The position numbers and the translations under genes are program-made. From the NCBI RefSeq assembly GCF_030144855.1, contig NC_082712.1, positions 10,292,001 through 10,356,000 of the forward strand: 64,000 bases of DNA. Direction: 5' to 3'. The notes beneath the pieces are model-generated. The model saw nothing but the letters and a program-made list of their open reading frames with translations, did not search any database and was not told the DNA's origin. Source of the stretch: Hypanus sabinus (taxonomy: Eukaryota). Positions 49,905 through 62,289 of this stretch are shown one piece after another. How positions within the stretch are numbered: the first letter of the stretch is position 1; every line of letters starts with the position of its first letter.

Positions 49905-52483
49905 CGGTCAGCTTCCTACCTTTATATCATCGAGGGGGGACAGGTGAGAGCTGATCCCGAGAAGATCCGGGCAGTGGCGGAGTGGCCCAAACCCACGGAC
50001 CGCAAGCAACTCCAACGGTTCCTGGGGTTTGCGAACTTCTTTCGCCGGTTCATCAGCAACTACAATCAGGTGACGGCCCCCCTCACCCGACTTACCTCAC
50101 CTGCCACACCTTTCCTTTGAGACTCCGAGGCGGACTCAGCATTCGCCGAACTGAAGAGGCATTCCACGTCTGCCCACGATCTGTTTCAACTGGACCTCTC
50201 CTGTCAGTTCATTGTGGAGGCTGACGCCTCTGACTCCGGGGTGGGAGCGGTACTGTCGCAACGTTCGGGCCCGGATCAGAAACTACATCCCTGTGCCTTC
50301 TTCTCTCGCCGACTGTCTCCCGCTGAACGAAACTACAACGTGGGGAACCGGGAGCTACTAGCTGTCAAACTGGCGTTGGAGGAGTGGAGGCCCTGGGTGG
50401 AGGGGGCGGAACACCCGTTCATCGTCTGATCAGACCACAAGAATCTTGAATATATCCAGTCCGCCAAACGCCGGAATTCCCGCCAGGCCTGTTGGGCATT
50501 ATTTTTTGGCCGGTTCAGGTACTCCCTCACCTATCGTCCGACCTGATGCCCTCTCCCGCCAATACGTTTCCGAGGAGGATCTTCCCAACCCTGAGACCAT
50601 TCTTCCACCATCCTGTGTAGTGGCTGCTCTCACCTGGGAGATCGAGTCCAAAGTCAAAGAGGCCCAAAGGACGCAACCCGACCCAGGCACCAGACCTCCC
50701 AATCGCCTCTTTGTACCCGATGCTGTTCGATCACAGGTCCTACAGTGGGGACACACTTCTCGCTTCCCCTGCAATCCCGGAGTCGATCGGACCCTGACCC
50801 TCCTGAAGAAGCATTTCTGGTGGCCCTCCATGGACGCTGACACCCGTTTCTATGTTTCCATATGTTCCGTCTGCGCCCGTGGAAAAGCCTCCCATCGGTC
50901 ACCTGCGGGATTATTCCATTCCCTACCTGTAGCTGGGCGTCCCTGGTCCCACGTCGCTTTAGACTTCGTCACCGGTCTACCCCCTTCCCGCGGAAACACA
51001 ACTGTCCTCACCGTGGTAGACCGATTCTCCAAGGCGGTGCATTTTGTGGCCCTCCCTAAACTCTAATCCTCGCAAGAAACCGCAGATCTTCTAGTCCGCC
51101 ACGTCTTCCGCCTGCACTGAATCCCCGCGGACATCCTCTCCGTTCAGGGTCCCCAGTTCGTCTCGCAGGTATGGAGAGCCTTCTGTCGAGCCCTAGGAGC
51201 AACGGCCAGACTTTCATCCGACCTCCACCCCCAGACGAACGGGCAGACGGAACAGGTCAACCAAGACCTGGAGGAGACTTTATGTTGTGTAACGGCAAAC
51301 CACCCGTCAACCTGGAGTGACCATCTCCCGTGGGTTGAGTACGCCCACAACTCCCTGGTGAGCTCTGCCATTGGGAGGTCCCCGTTCGAGTGCTCCCTTG
51401 GGTAACAACCCCCCGCTGTTCCCCGCTCAGGAAGAAGAGATCGCGGTACCGTCGGTTCGGGACCATGTTGATCGGTGCCGGAAGGTTGGGGAGGAGACTC
51501 GCACGGCCCTACTCAGATCGACAAACCGAAATAAGAAAACAGCCGACTGACACCGGACTCCAGCACCAGAGTACCAACCGGGGCAGATGGTGTGGCTTTC
51601 CGCCAAGGACATCCCGCTCAAATGCGAACCTAGGAAACTCGCCCCCCCCGCTTCCTGGGACCATTCAAGGTCGAAAGGATTACCAACTCCACAGCGGTTC
51701 GCCTCACGCTGCCTAAATCCATGCGTATTCACCCAACCTTTCATGGGCCCCAGATAAAACCTGTCTCCGTCAGCCTTCGTGCCCCCCAGCTGAGACTCCT
51801 CCCCCTGCCCGGCTCATCGACAGCCACCCGGCATACACTGTCCGACGACTGCTAGAGGTGCACCGTCGGGGCAAGGGCCTCCAACACCTGGTGGACTGGG
51901 AGGGGTACGGTCCTGAAGAACGTTCCTGGGTCCCCCGCTCCTTTATCCTAGACCTTTCCCTAATCTAGGACTTCCATCGGGACAATCCAGACAAGCCTGG
52001 AGGAACACAAGGAGGCTCCCATTTGGGGGGTGGGGGTACTGTCATGGTTCCGGTTCCCTTTAACACTTCTTTCTCCCTGATCATGCTCCAATTTCAGTCA
52101 ATTGCTGCTAGTTACCCAATAATGGAACACCTGGCTTTCATCAGCGACTGGGAAATAAATACGATGGCGACTCTATCACAGGTTGCTAGTTCGTTGGTCA
52201 ATTCTCGTGTGATACTTCGTTCCCTGTACCGATTAGAACCGGTAGTTAAGAGTTCGCCACTGACTAGGAGGGCCGTGATGGCCTGTCTCTCTGCTGTGAT
52301 CGTTATATGTTATATGGTAGTTCTAAGTTCCGCTCTAATTTCTATAAAGTCCCTGGGAATCCCGTCCCCTTGTCAAGATCCGTCTGGTTTCCTGCTCGAC
52401 GTTCAGGTCTACGCCATCCTCCCCAAATGAGTCGACGTGCCAGTGTCCTGCACTTGGGTTCTCCTCCGTCGCCCCGTGTAACA
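49905..52483 (+). mobile_element. 3' half of a chromodomain-bearing Gypsy (Sushi-like) LTR retrotransposon, antisense in intron 1 of gene B
   Basis: RT end ([12 protein letters not shown]); RNase H ([13 protein letters not shown]...[12 protein letters not shown]); integrase ([19 protein letters not shown]); chromodomain ([14 protein letters not shown]). Several stops. Confidence 0.93.
52040..52483 (+). repeat. 3' LTR of the Gypsy element (444 bp, TGT...ACA)
   Basis: Follows a polypurine tract ggggggtggggg (52025-52036); starts tgtcatgg and ends gtgtaaca. The right end is inferred because no 5' LTR is available for comparison. Confidence 0.7.
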
Positions 52484-53769
52484 CTCCCAGACTGACGAGC
52501 ACCATCTACCCGAAGCATCGGTTTTAAGGCGCCAGAACCCGCCTTCGCCCCCTTCTCCTGTCAGTAGAAACGGTTCCGCCGGGCTTAGAGCCGAAGCCAC
52601 ACGAGAAGGCCAGGAGTTGGACTTGGTTGTCAGAGGCTATTTGAGGCGCCTGCCATGAGGAGCAATTTTAGGTAGTGGGAGCTTGTGCGCACTACCACTC
52701 CTCGGCTTGACAACCTTAGAACCAAGGTTATATATAATAACGGATACCCGGGAGTGGGTTACATGCTGGAAGCCTGTCGGGGTTTCGGGGGGTTGTAATT
52801 GTCTGTTCCCGGAATCTGTTGGCCTTAACAATCCTTCAGAGGGGAACAGCTTGGAGATTCGAGGGCTATGGGTAAGCCTAGTAATTTTTAATGTAGGGAC
52901 ATGCTCGGCACAGCTTTGTGGGCCGAAGGGTCTGTATTGCGCTGTAGGTTTTCTATGTTTCTATTCTGAGGCACCGGTTACGAACAGAAGAGTTCTAAGA
53001 ATTCCCTCGGAGTGACAGAAAGCTTGCAGCAGGGTAGGAGGACATTCAGCCCATTGATTTCATACTGCCTGTCTATGAGAACAACCCACCCAGTCCCGTT
53101 TTCCCCCATCCTCTACCCGCAGCCCCACGAATTCCGTTTCAGACACTTGTCCCGCTCCTCTTTTCAACGCCCACTTCCAGCCCCACGTTTCACTCCGAAC
53201 ACGGTCAGAGTGGGAATAATGTTCCCGAGCAATTGTTTAGTTATTTAGCGATTCACTTTCGTTCTGTGACGTAATTTCCTACCACGCCCATCAATGGGAA
53301 GAGCCTCCCATAGTCCAAACTCTTCATAATTTTAACTTCTCACCTCCCCTCCTCCAACTAGGAATCCCTCCGACCTCCTTAACTGTAGGAGATCATCCGG
53401 AGTGTGAATTAGAAGCAGGAGGCCATTCGGCACCGCTAGATCTCACCGCTATTGAAAAAGTTTTCGGCTGATCTATTTAAACTTAACACCCGATCCTCCG
53501 CCATCGCCTCCTGTTTATCGAGGGTTCCACTCTGGGGTACAAAACTCTGGGATCTATATGTGTATTTCTCCAATTGCCCGACTACCAGATCACCTCCACC
53601 TGAGGGTGTGCAGTGTGTCAAGAAGGCGGATCAGATAGGAGCGCTTACGGTTGGACAGTTTCCCAACAACCTCCCACTCCCTCTGTGTGATACAGCGCTC
53701 AAACATCTGCAGAACTGCCACAGCGGAAACCCAAACAAGGAGATAATGAGGATAATGGGAAACACTTAC

Positions 53770-53830
53770 TGTATCCCCGGACTGATACGGAAAGCAGAAC
53801 CGTGCAGAGACAAAGCCGGAGAGAGCGCAT
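53770..53830 (-). CDS. Gene B exon 1: signal peptide MRSLRLCLCTVLLSVSVRGY
   Basis: ATG at 53830; 61 nt ending in A|gtaagt (phase 1). Joins V1 to give ...RGY-N-YSIGAWSM. Confidence 0.88.
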
Positions 53831-53899
53831 CGCCAACGCGTTAGTCTGGTGTCCTTTTTTCCTTACTAAAGCTGAAATACAGAAGTTGCACGAAGTGTT

Positions 53900-53952
53900 C
53901 GTCATTTCCTTAAAGATCCGCAACTCTTATAAATTGGTTATAATTAGATAAA
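53900..53952 (-). promoter_or_regulatory. Putative proximal promoter of gene B
   Basis: gtcatttcct, cttataaa (53926-53933) and agataa (53946-53951) are conserved with gene A. Confidence 0.45.
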
Positions 53953-54699
53953 TCACTGATTCATGACTGAACAGGGTTGGTATGTTGCAGGAACACGTAC
54001 ACGCCTTCAGCCGTGAACATATGAAAACGGAAGAGACCTTGGGGAGTTCGGAGAGTTCAGACGTGTTCCTAAAACTGAACTTGAGAGAGCAAAGGGTAGC
54101 AATAAAGTTTCAGTGGCATATATGATTAAGGAGGATACCAAAGCATTTCAAAACTCATTTACTCGCTTTCACCAACTCGTGAATCCCTTTGGGATGGGTC
54201 TGGTGAATTTCCATCATTTATTCGGGCTTCTGCAAGAATTCTGATTTCGCACAAGCAACTTTGAGTGAGGGAAAAATGCCCTGCTTCTCCGCGGGGGTGA
54301 CGAGTTCATGGAAGGCGGTAACCAGAGTTAATGGCTGGCTGGAGTCGTCATGATTCACCATCTACGGTTGTGTGATCTCAATAGCTGCCATCCCAATCTG
54401 GGCATATCGTCTCCCTGACATCTCTCCAAAATAATTCCTACATTGAGCGATTGGTGAAAATTAAACAGTTCATACTTACGACCACAGTGTTGGCACTCAG
54501 TAATATTTCACTTCGAACTCATGAGTCCCTTTTGTGTAAAAGTCCTTTACCCCACAAAAATTCAATCTTATTCTTACAAACAAAAGCATTCTGAAACAAG
54601 TTTGATACTACCTGTTGTGGTAGTCACGGTTGAGTCTCGCAAGTGCAAAAGTACATCACATTTTAATCCCTTAAATACAAAGAGCTGTTGGCATGTGGG

Positions 54700-55000
54700 C
54701 CTTCGTAAATCTAAATATTGAGTACAGGAATTAGCAAGTTATGGTGACATTGATGTTGGTGAGTATTTGGGGATTTCGGGTCACGCGGGGGGGGGGGATT
54801 TCGGGTCACGCAGGAAAGATATCAATAAGTTTGAAAGAGTTCAGAGAAAATTTACAACATGTTACCGGAACTCGAGTACCTGAGTTATAGACAAAGGTTA
54901 AATACGTTAGGACTTTATTCCCTGAAGCATAGAAGAATGAGGAGAGATTTGACAGAAGGATACAAAATTATCAGAGGCATGGAGAAGGCCCATCAATCCG
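54700..55000 (+). mobile_element. CR1 3' RT fragment
   Basis: LERVQRKFT-like, LPELEYLSYRQRLNTLGLYSL. Confidence 0.7.
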
Positions 55001-55069
55001 CCAAAAGCAGACCTGGTTTTCAGCAGAACATTTTAATTTTGATTCCCATTCTCGTTCTGACAGGTCAGT

Positions 55070-55560
55070 CCATGGCCTCCTCTTATACACCAATGAGGCT
55101 TCCCTCAAGCTAGAGGAGCAACACCTTATATTCCAACTGGGTAGCCTTCAAACTGATGGTATGAATATTGATTTCTCCTTCCAGTAAAAATAATCTCTCA
55201 CCCTCCCCTCTTATTCTATTCCCTGGTCTAGCCTCTTACCTCTTCTCACCTGCCTATCACATCCCCTGGTATCCTTCCTCCTCCCTTTCTTTTATAGTCC
55301 ACTCTCCTCTCCTATCATATTCTTTCATCTGCAGCCCTTTACCTTTCCCATCCAGCTGACTTCACCTATCACCTTCTCGCTTGTCCTTCTTCCCTTCCAC
55401 CCACCTTCTCATTCTGGGATTCTCCCCCTCTTTTCCAGTCCTGAAGAAGGGTCTCATCCAGAAACATTGCCTGTTTACTCATTTCCATTGATGTTGCCTG
55501 ACCTGCTGAGTTTCTCCAGCATTTTGAATGTGTTGCTCTGGATTTCCAGCATCTGCAGAA
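55070..55560 (+). mobile_element. Penelope-like element 3' part with hammerhead-type core boxes
   Basis: SVHGLL...LKLEEQHLIFQLGSLQTDGMNIDFS; CTGAAGA at 55441-55447 and GAAA at 55461-55464. Confidence 0.8.
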
Positions 55561-56299
55561 TTTCAAATTATGGAAGGTATAGATAGAATAAATGCAAGGA
55601 GGCCTTTTCCACTGAGGTTGAGTGGAAAAACTGCCCTTTCGAGTTCAGTTTTAGAACTGGAGGTCATGGGTTAAGGGTGAAGGTTGAAATGTTTAGGGCA
55701 AACATGAGTGGGATTTTTTTTTCATTCAGAATGAGGTCAGAGTGTGGAGCAAGCCGCCAGCAGAAGTGGTAGATGTGGATTCGATTTCAACACTAAAAGA
55801 AACTTTGGATAGAAACTGATGTGAGTGATATGAAGGACTATGGTCCAAATGAAGGTCGATGGGACTAGGCAACATAATGGTTCAGTACAGACTAGATGGG
55901 CTGAAGAGCCTGTTTCTGTGCTGTACTGTTCAATGATTTTATTACTCTACATTGAGGTAGATTTAAGGCCGATCATATTTTACAATAGGTCTGATAGCAG
56001 TTGGATTGAAGCTGTCCTTGATGCTGGTGGTATGTGTTTTCAGGCTTTTGTATCTTCTGCCTGATGGGAGAGGAGAGAAGAGAGAATCTCTGAGGTGTAC
56101 GGGCTACTTGGCTATTCTGGGTCTTTACTGAGACGAAGTCCATAGAGAAGAGGCTGGTTCCTGTGATGTGCTGAGCTGTGTCTACAGATTCTTAAGACTG
56201 CGTACAGAACAGTTGCCATACCATGACCTTATTTGTGCAGACGGTACACTTTATGTGGTGCATCGATAAAAATTGGTAAGATATATCCAGGATATACTG

Positions 56300-56825
56300 A
56301 ATTCCTTTAGTCTCCTGAGGAAGTAGAGAAGGTCCAGAGGCAGTTCACAAGGGTGATTCCAGGAAAGAAAGGTTTATCATACAAGGAACATTGGATGGCT
56401 CTGGGTCTGTACACATTGGAATTTAGAAGAATGAGAGGGGATTATCTCACTGAAACCTTTTGAATTTTGAAAGGCCTAGACAGAGTAGATGTGGAAAGAC
56501 TGTTTCCCATGGTGGGAGACTTTAGGACAAGAGGTCACAGCCTCAGGATAGAGGGGTGTCCATATAAAACAGATGCAGAGAAATTTCTTTAGCTAGAGGA
56601 TGGTGAATTTGCGGATCTTATTACCACAGGGAGCTGTGGAGGGCAGGTCGTTGGGTGCATTTAAGACAGAGATTGATAGGTTCTTGATTGGACATGGCAT
56701 CAAAGGCTATGGGGAGAAAGCTGGGCAATGGGGTTGAGGAGGGGATAAAACGATCAGCCATGATTGAATGGTAGAGCAGACATGATTGTCCAAATGGCCT
56801 AATTCTGCTCCTATGACTTATGGTC
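56300..56825 (+). mobile_element. CR1 3' end fragment
   Basis: EKVQRQFTRVIPG...LGLYTLEFRRMRG-like sequence and a CR1 3' tail. Confidence 0.8.
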
Positions 56826-58099
56826 TTAAGTTGGTTGGGTTTTCTTGGTTGGGTTTTCTTTGCCATAACATCAATGTGGTTGAAGCAGGATAAGCTATTG
56901 TTAATATTCACACCTAGGAACTCAACTCTCTCAACATCAAGGTCATTGATGTAGAATGGGGCATGTGTAATGTCATTCCAAACCCACAACCTTCCCCACA
57001 GTCTGAAGTCAATGAACATCTTTTTTGTGCTGTTGACATTGAGTGAAGGGTTCTTGCCATGACACCAAGTCATTAAGCTCTCTGTCTCCTACCTGTACTC
57101 CAATTTAGAGTCTGCAAAGGCTGGTGGGACCCTGATAGAGACTACTGAATCTTTGCTACCTCAGACAAGGAACCAGCTGCCTGGAAGACAGCATAGGAGG
57201 GCTTAATTTATTCAGAAGAGTTGCAATGATTACAAAGCAGTTGCGATGAAGAGTCTTCAACATGAAACATCACTCTGTTTCTCTTTCCATACATACTGCC
57301 TGGCCAGCTGAGTATTTCCAGCATTTTCAGGGGTTTTTTTAATTTTAAATTTCCAATATCTGCCATTTTATTTTGAATTTCATGTAACTACCAACTAGTG
57401 ATTCTTTGTATCAATGGAAGGGGAAATACTGGAAAACAACTTACAGAGCAGGAGCTATTTACAGAAATGAGGCAACAGCAGTTTGACCCAAATTTATACT
57501 CCTGAAGAACAATTCCAACGAAACCACAGATACAAATTGCAGCATCCAGCAAGTCAGCTGCCATTACAAAATGCCTTTTGCAGGATATGGGTGAATTTCA
57601 ACACAAATTAATAAACAAGTTGGCAATTTGATTAATTTTGCAGATGTGGCAACAAATTATTGCAACAGAACAGTACAAGGAGAAGCAATAACGGAATGCA
57701 ATATGAAGTGTTCCAGTTACAGAGAACATGCAGCGCTGGCACACGATAAGGTGGAGTGCCACAACAGAGTAAATTGCAAGGTCAAGTGTCAACCTAATCA
57801 TACAATAATCAGTATTCTTATTACATCAGTATAAGTTTTAGGCACATGTATTTATAGTAGCTGGGGTCAATGTGGAGTGGAGAGTGAGGTTGTAAATCTG
57901 GTGGAAGCAAAAGGTGTTTGGAATGGTGAGGGCAGAGTGCTGTGAGAGGGGTGTGGGGTATGTGGCAGAGAAGGAGTGCGAGAGGCAAAGGAGTTGGCAG
58001 TGCAAGTTTCCATACCGTGAAGTGGTTCAGCATGTTAGGGTGCTCTCTATTGCACATCTGAAGGAAGGCATAAGTATTGATGTGCATAGTGTTCCTCTC

Positions 58100-59280
58100 T
58101 TCAGCCTCCTCATAAAGAGAGCTTTCTTGAATTGGATCCTTAATTTCCTCACATGTGGACCTCAGTCAGTTTGAATTGGCAACATCTCATCCACGGTCTC
58201 CATCAGCACAGGTGCACCACAAGGCTGTGCACTTAGCTTCCTGCTCTACTTGCTTTACTTATAAACGTGTGGCTGAGCACAGCTCTAATGCCATATTCAA
58301 GATTGCTGACACCACTATTGTAGGCAAAATCAAAGGTGGTGACAAATCAGCATATAGGAGGGATACTGAAAATCTGGCTGACTGGAGCCACAACAACAGT
58401 CTCTTACTCAATGTCAGCAAGACCAATGAGCTAATTATTGACTTCAGGAAGAGGAAACCAGAGACCCATTAGCCAGTCCTCATCGGAGGATCAGAGCTGG
58501 AGAGAGTCAGCAACTTTAAATTCCTTGGTTAAATCATTACAGAGGACCTATCCTGGGCTCAGCATGTAACTGCAATTACAAAGAAAGGGCAGCAGTGCCT
58601 CTACTTCATTAGAAGTTTGCAAAGATTAGGCATGACATCTAAACCTTTGACAAACTTCTAAAGATTGTCATGGAGAGTATGTTGACTGACTGCATCAAAG
58701 CCTGGTATGGAAAAACAAATGTCCTTGAAAGAAAAATCCTACAAAAAGTAATGGATCACAGGTAAAACTCTCCTCACCACTGAGCACATCTATACAAAAT
58801 GTTGATGCAGAAAAGCAACACCCATCATCAGGGACCCCCACCACCAGGACATGCTCTGTTATTACTACTGCCATCAGGATGAAGGTACAGGAGCCTCATG
58901 ACTCAGGCCACCAGGTTCAGGAACAGTTATTACCCTCAACCATCTGGCTCTTAAACCAAAGGGGATAACTTCACTCAACTTCACTTCATCATTGAAGTGT
59001 TCCCACAACCTATGCACTCACTTTCAAGGACTCTTCATCTGTTGTCCTCAATATTTGTTGCTTACTTATTCATTTATTATTATTATTTCTTCATTTTTGT
59101 AGTTGCAGTTAGTGTATTTTACACACTGGTTGAATGTCCAAGTTGGTGTGGTCTTTCATTGATTCTATTATGAGTAATAACAGAGGAATTGATTTATTAA
59201 GAATGCCTGAAAGAAAATGAATCTCCGAAATGTATATGGTGACATATATGTACTTTGATAATAAATTTACTTTAAATTTC
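58100..59280 (+). mobile_element. Rex1/Babar-like LINE fragment with 3' UTR
   Basis: IFKIADTTIVG...LLLNVSKTNELIIDFRK and C-terminal HHPGHAL-like region. Confidence 0.8.
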
Positions 59281-59979
59281 AAACTGTGATAGTGTAGGAT
59301 GTGTTCTTGGGACTATGAGAGGTTGTGTGAGATGTGCACTTCCAGGAGTTTGAAACCACTGGTAGGTTCCATCATACAAAGACATATAGAAGCTCTTCTT
59401 GAGCTTGGTCCTTTCTGGGATTGTATGATTTGCTAATGGGAGTGGGGATAAGGGAGCATGTAGATGAGGTGGGAGTCATATGGGGTGCTTTATCCTGAAA
59501 AGTGCTCTTCTATTAGCCTTCACCCAGGCAGGTTTAAAGTGTTGCATCACACTCCTGACTTGTGCCTCATGGACGGTGGGTGTCAGGAGATGAGGAACTC
59601 ACTGCAGGACACACAGTCTTTGACCTGCTTTGTATTTATGTTGTGTTTCTAGCCAATTGTATGCCACCGAGGATACTGACTGTGGGGAACTCGGTAATAC
59701 CTTTAAATGTCAAGAGTAGGCAGTTAACTCTCCCTTATGGGAGATTGTCATTGCCTGGGAGTTCTGCCCCTGCCTGATCATTGTTCAAACCTTGCCTCAA
59801 TGCATGAGCTGCTGTGCCTGCTGCAAGGTTTAAAATAGAGTAGAACATTGAAAAGTACATCAGGGAATATCCTCGGTTGCTGAAGGTGATTGGACCTGGA
59901 GCATTACCCTGAGGAACTCCAGCAATTATGTCGTGGAGCTGGGATGATTGACATCCAACTATAAGACCCAGGCATAGGA

Positions 59980-60640
59980 GTGGAATTAGGCCACTCAGAG
60001 CATCGAGTCCTCTCTGCTATTCCATTATGGCTGATCCACCATCTCCTTCAACCCCATTCTCCAGCCTTCTCCCCGTAACCTTGAACACCTTGGCTAATCA
60101 AAAACTTAGCAATTTCTACTTTAAAAACACTCAATAACTTGGTATCCACAATTGTCTCTGACAATAAATTCCGCAGGTTCACCACACTCTGGCTAAAGAT
60201 TCTTGTGAACCTTCTCTAGACCCTCTCCAAAGCCAGCATATCTTTTCTTAGATAAGAGGCCCAAAACTGCTCACAACACTCGAAGTGTGGTCTAACTAAT
60301 GCCTTATAAAGCATTACCATCAGATACTTGCTTTTGTATTCTAGTCCTCTTGAAATGAATGCTAAAATTGCACTTACCACCAGTTCAAGCTGCAAGTTAA
60401 CGTTTGGGGGATCCTGCACAAGGACTCCTAAGTCCATTTGCACCTCTGATTTTTTAATTTTCTCCCCATTTAGAAGATTGCTACACCTTTATTCCTTCTA
60501 CCAAAGTGCATGACCATACACCCCCTTACACTGTTTTCCATCTGTCACTGCTTTGCTCATCCTCCCAATCTGTCAAGTCCTTCTGCATGCTCCCTACTTC
60601 CTTCACACTATCTGCCCCTCCAGTGTCTACCTTTATGAAA
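59980..60640 (-). mobile_element. CR1 3' fragment
   Basis: MLYKALVRPHFECCEQFWASY. Confidence 0.8.
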
Positions 60641-61369
60641 CTTGTAAGAGATTGTGCAGATGCTGGAAATCTTGAGCAACACGCTCAAACGTTTCCAGGA
60701 ACTCAGCAAATCATAAACACAAGAGGTTCTGCAAATGCTGAAAATCTTGAGTAACGCACATGCAAAATGCTGCAGAAAGTTGAAAAGTCACAATGAGGGG
60801 ATGAGATCCTGATGAAGGGTGTCAGCCTAAAATATTGTCTCTTTATTCTGCTTCATGGCTGCTGCCTAACCTGTTGAGATCCTCTAGTCTTTTGCACATC
60901 TCCCTGATGAAAAATATGAATCCAACCACTGGAGTATTTTTATTTTAATGGCCCATTTTGGGCCCACTAGTCCCCATCATCTGTTCATTCCCCACAGCGA
61001 TCTTAGCGACATCACTCACCCTTAACATTTCAGCATGGCTTAGATGGGCTGAAGGGGCTCTTTATGTGTTCTATGACTCTATGACTCCACTCTCCACCCT
61101 CTCAGAAACATACTAATTCAAAATTCTGATCACAACTCTTTCAAAAGGTGGAGCTCATCACAGCCTCATCTGTCAATTACTCTGAATCTGTGCCTTATGA
61201 TTATCATCCCTTCTGCCAATGATTTTGTAGAGAAAACCATGACCTGCATCTCAAGTAGCCATTGGGATTAGGCTGTATCCTCCTGCAAACCCACACATTG
61301 GAATTTCCATTTCAGACCACGATGCCACCAGTTAGGATAACATCAACACTACATCAGTAGAAATTTCTT

Positions 61370-61950
61370 AGAATATTTGTTACAGCTATATTGGATCCTG
61401 GTCAGACCCCACATGGAGTGTTGTACTCAATTCTGGTCACCTCACTACAGGAAGGATGTGGAAACTACAAAAAAGGTTCAGAGAAGATTTACAAGGATGT
61501 TGCCTGGATTGGTGAGCATGCCTTATGAGAACAGGTTGAATGAACTTGGCCTTTTCTCCTTGGAGTGACGGAGGATGAGAGATGACCTGATAGAGGTGTA
61601 TAAGATGATGAGAGGCATTGATCGTGTGGATAGTCAGAGGCTTTTTCCCAGGGCTGAAATGGCTAGCATGAGAGCACACAGTTTTAAGGTGCTTGGAAGT
61701 AGGTACAGAGGAGATGTCAGGGGTAAGTTTTTTTTGCAGAGAGTGGTGAGTGCGTGGAATGGGCTGCCAGCAATGGAAGTGGAGGCAGATACAATAGGGT
61801 CTTTTAAGTAACTCCAGGATAGGTACCTGGAGCTTAGAAAAATAGAGGGCTATGGGTAACCAGAGGTAAATTTCAAAAGTAAGTGCACATTCAACACAGC
61901 ATTGTGCGCTGATGGGCCTGTATTGTGTTGTAGGTTTTTCTATGTTTCTA
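61370..61950 (+). mobile_element. CR1 3' end fragment
   Basis: LQLYWILVRPHMECCTQFWSPHYRKDVE...RYRGDVRGKFF and 3' tail. Confidence 0.85.
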
Positions 61951-62289
61951 TGCCAAATGTCCTGAATCTTCTAAGAGAGCAGAGACATCAGCGTACCTTC
62001 CTCACGATTATATCTGTGTGCTGGGCACAGGGCAGGCCAACCCAGATGTTAATCAGAACCTGAAGATGCTGACTCTCTCTGTCTCTGACTCACCGATACG
62101 AACAGATACATAGTCTCCTGTCTTTCGCTTTCCAAACTCAATGATCAGTTCCATGGATTTGCAGACATTGAGTGAGAGGTTATTATCATGGTACTGTACC
62201 ACTCAACCAGGTGTCCTCCCTCACTCCTCTCCTCTGGAAGCTGATCCATCCCCATCTGTGATTTGTTTTTTTCTCTCCCTCTTACTGTA

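Larger units (their letters stand above)
34429..53830 (-). other. Gene B span: apparently intact Siglec-15-like activating-type receptor, leader-V1-V2-TM(K)-short tail (predicted 323 aa with the candidate last exon)
   Basis: Exons of 61+381+393+103+34 nt total 972 nt and read in one frame across GT-AG junctions. Confidence 0.8.
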
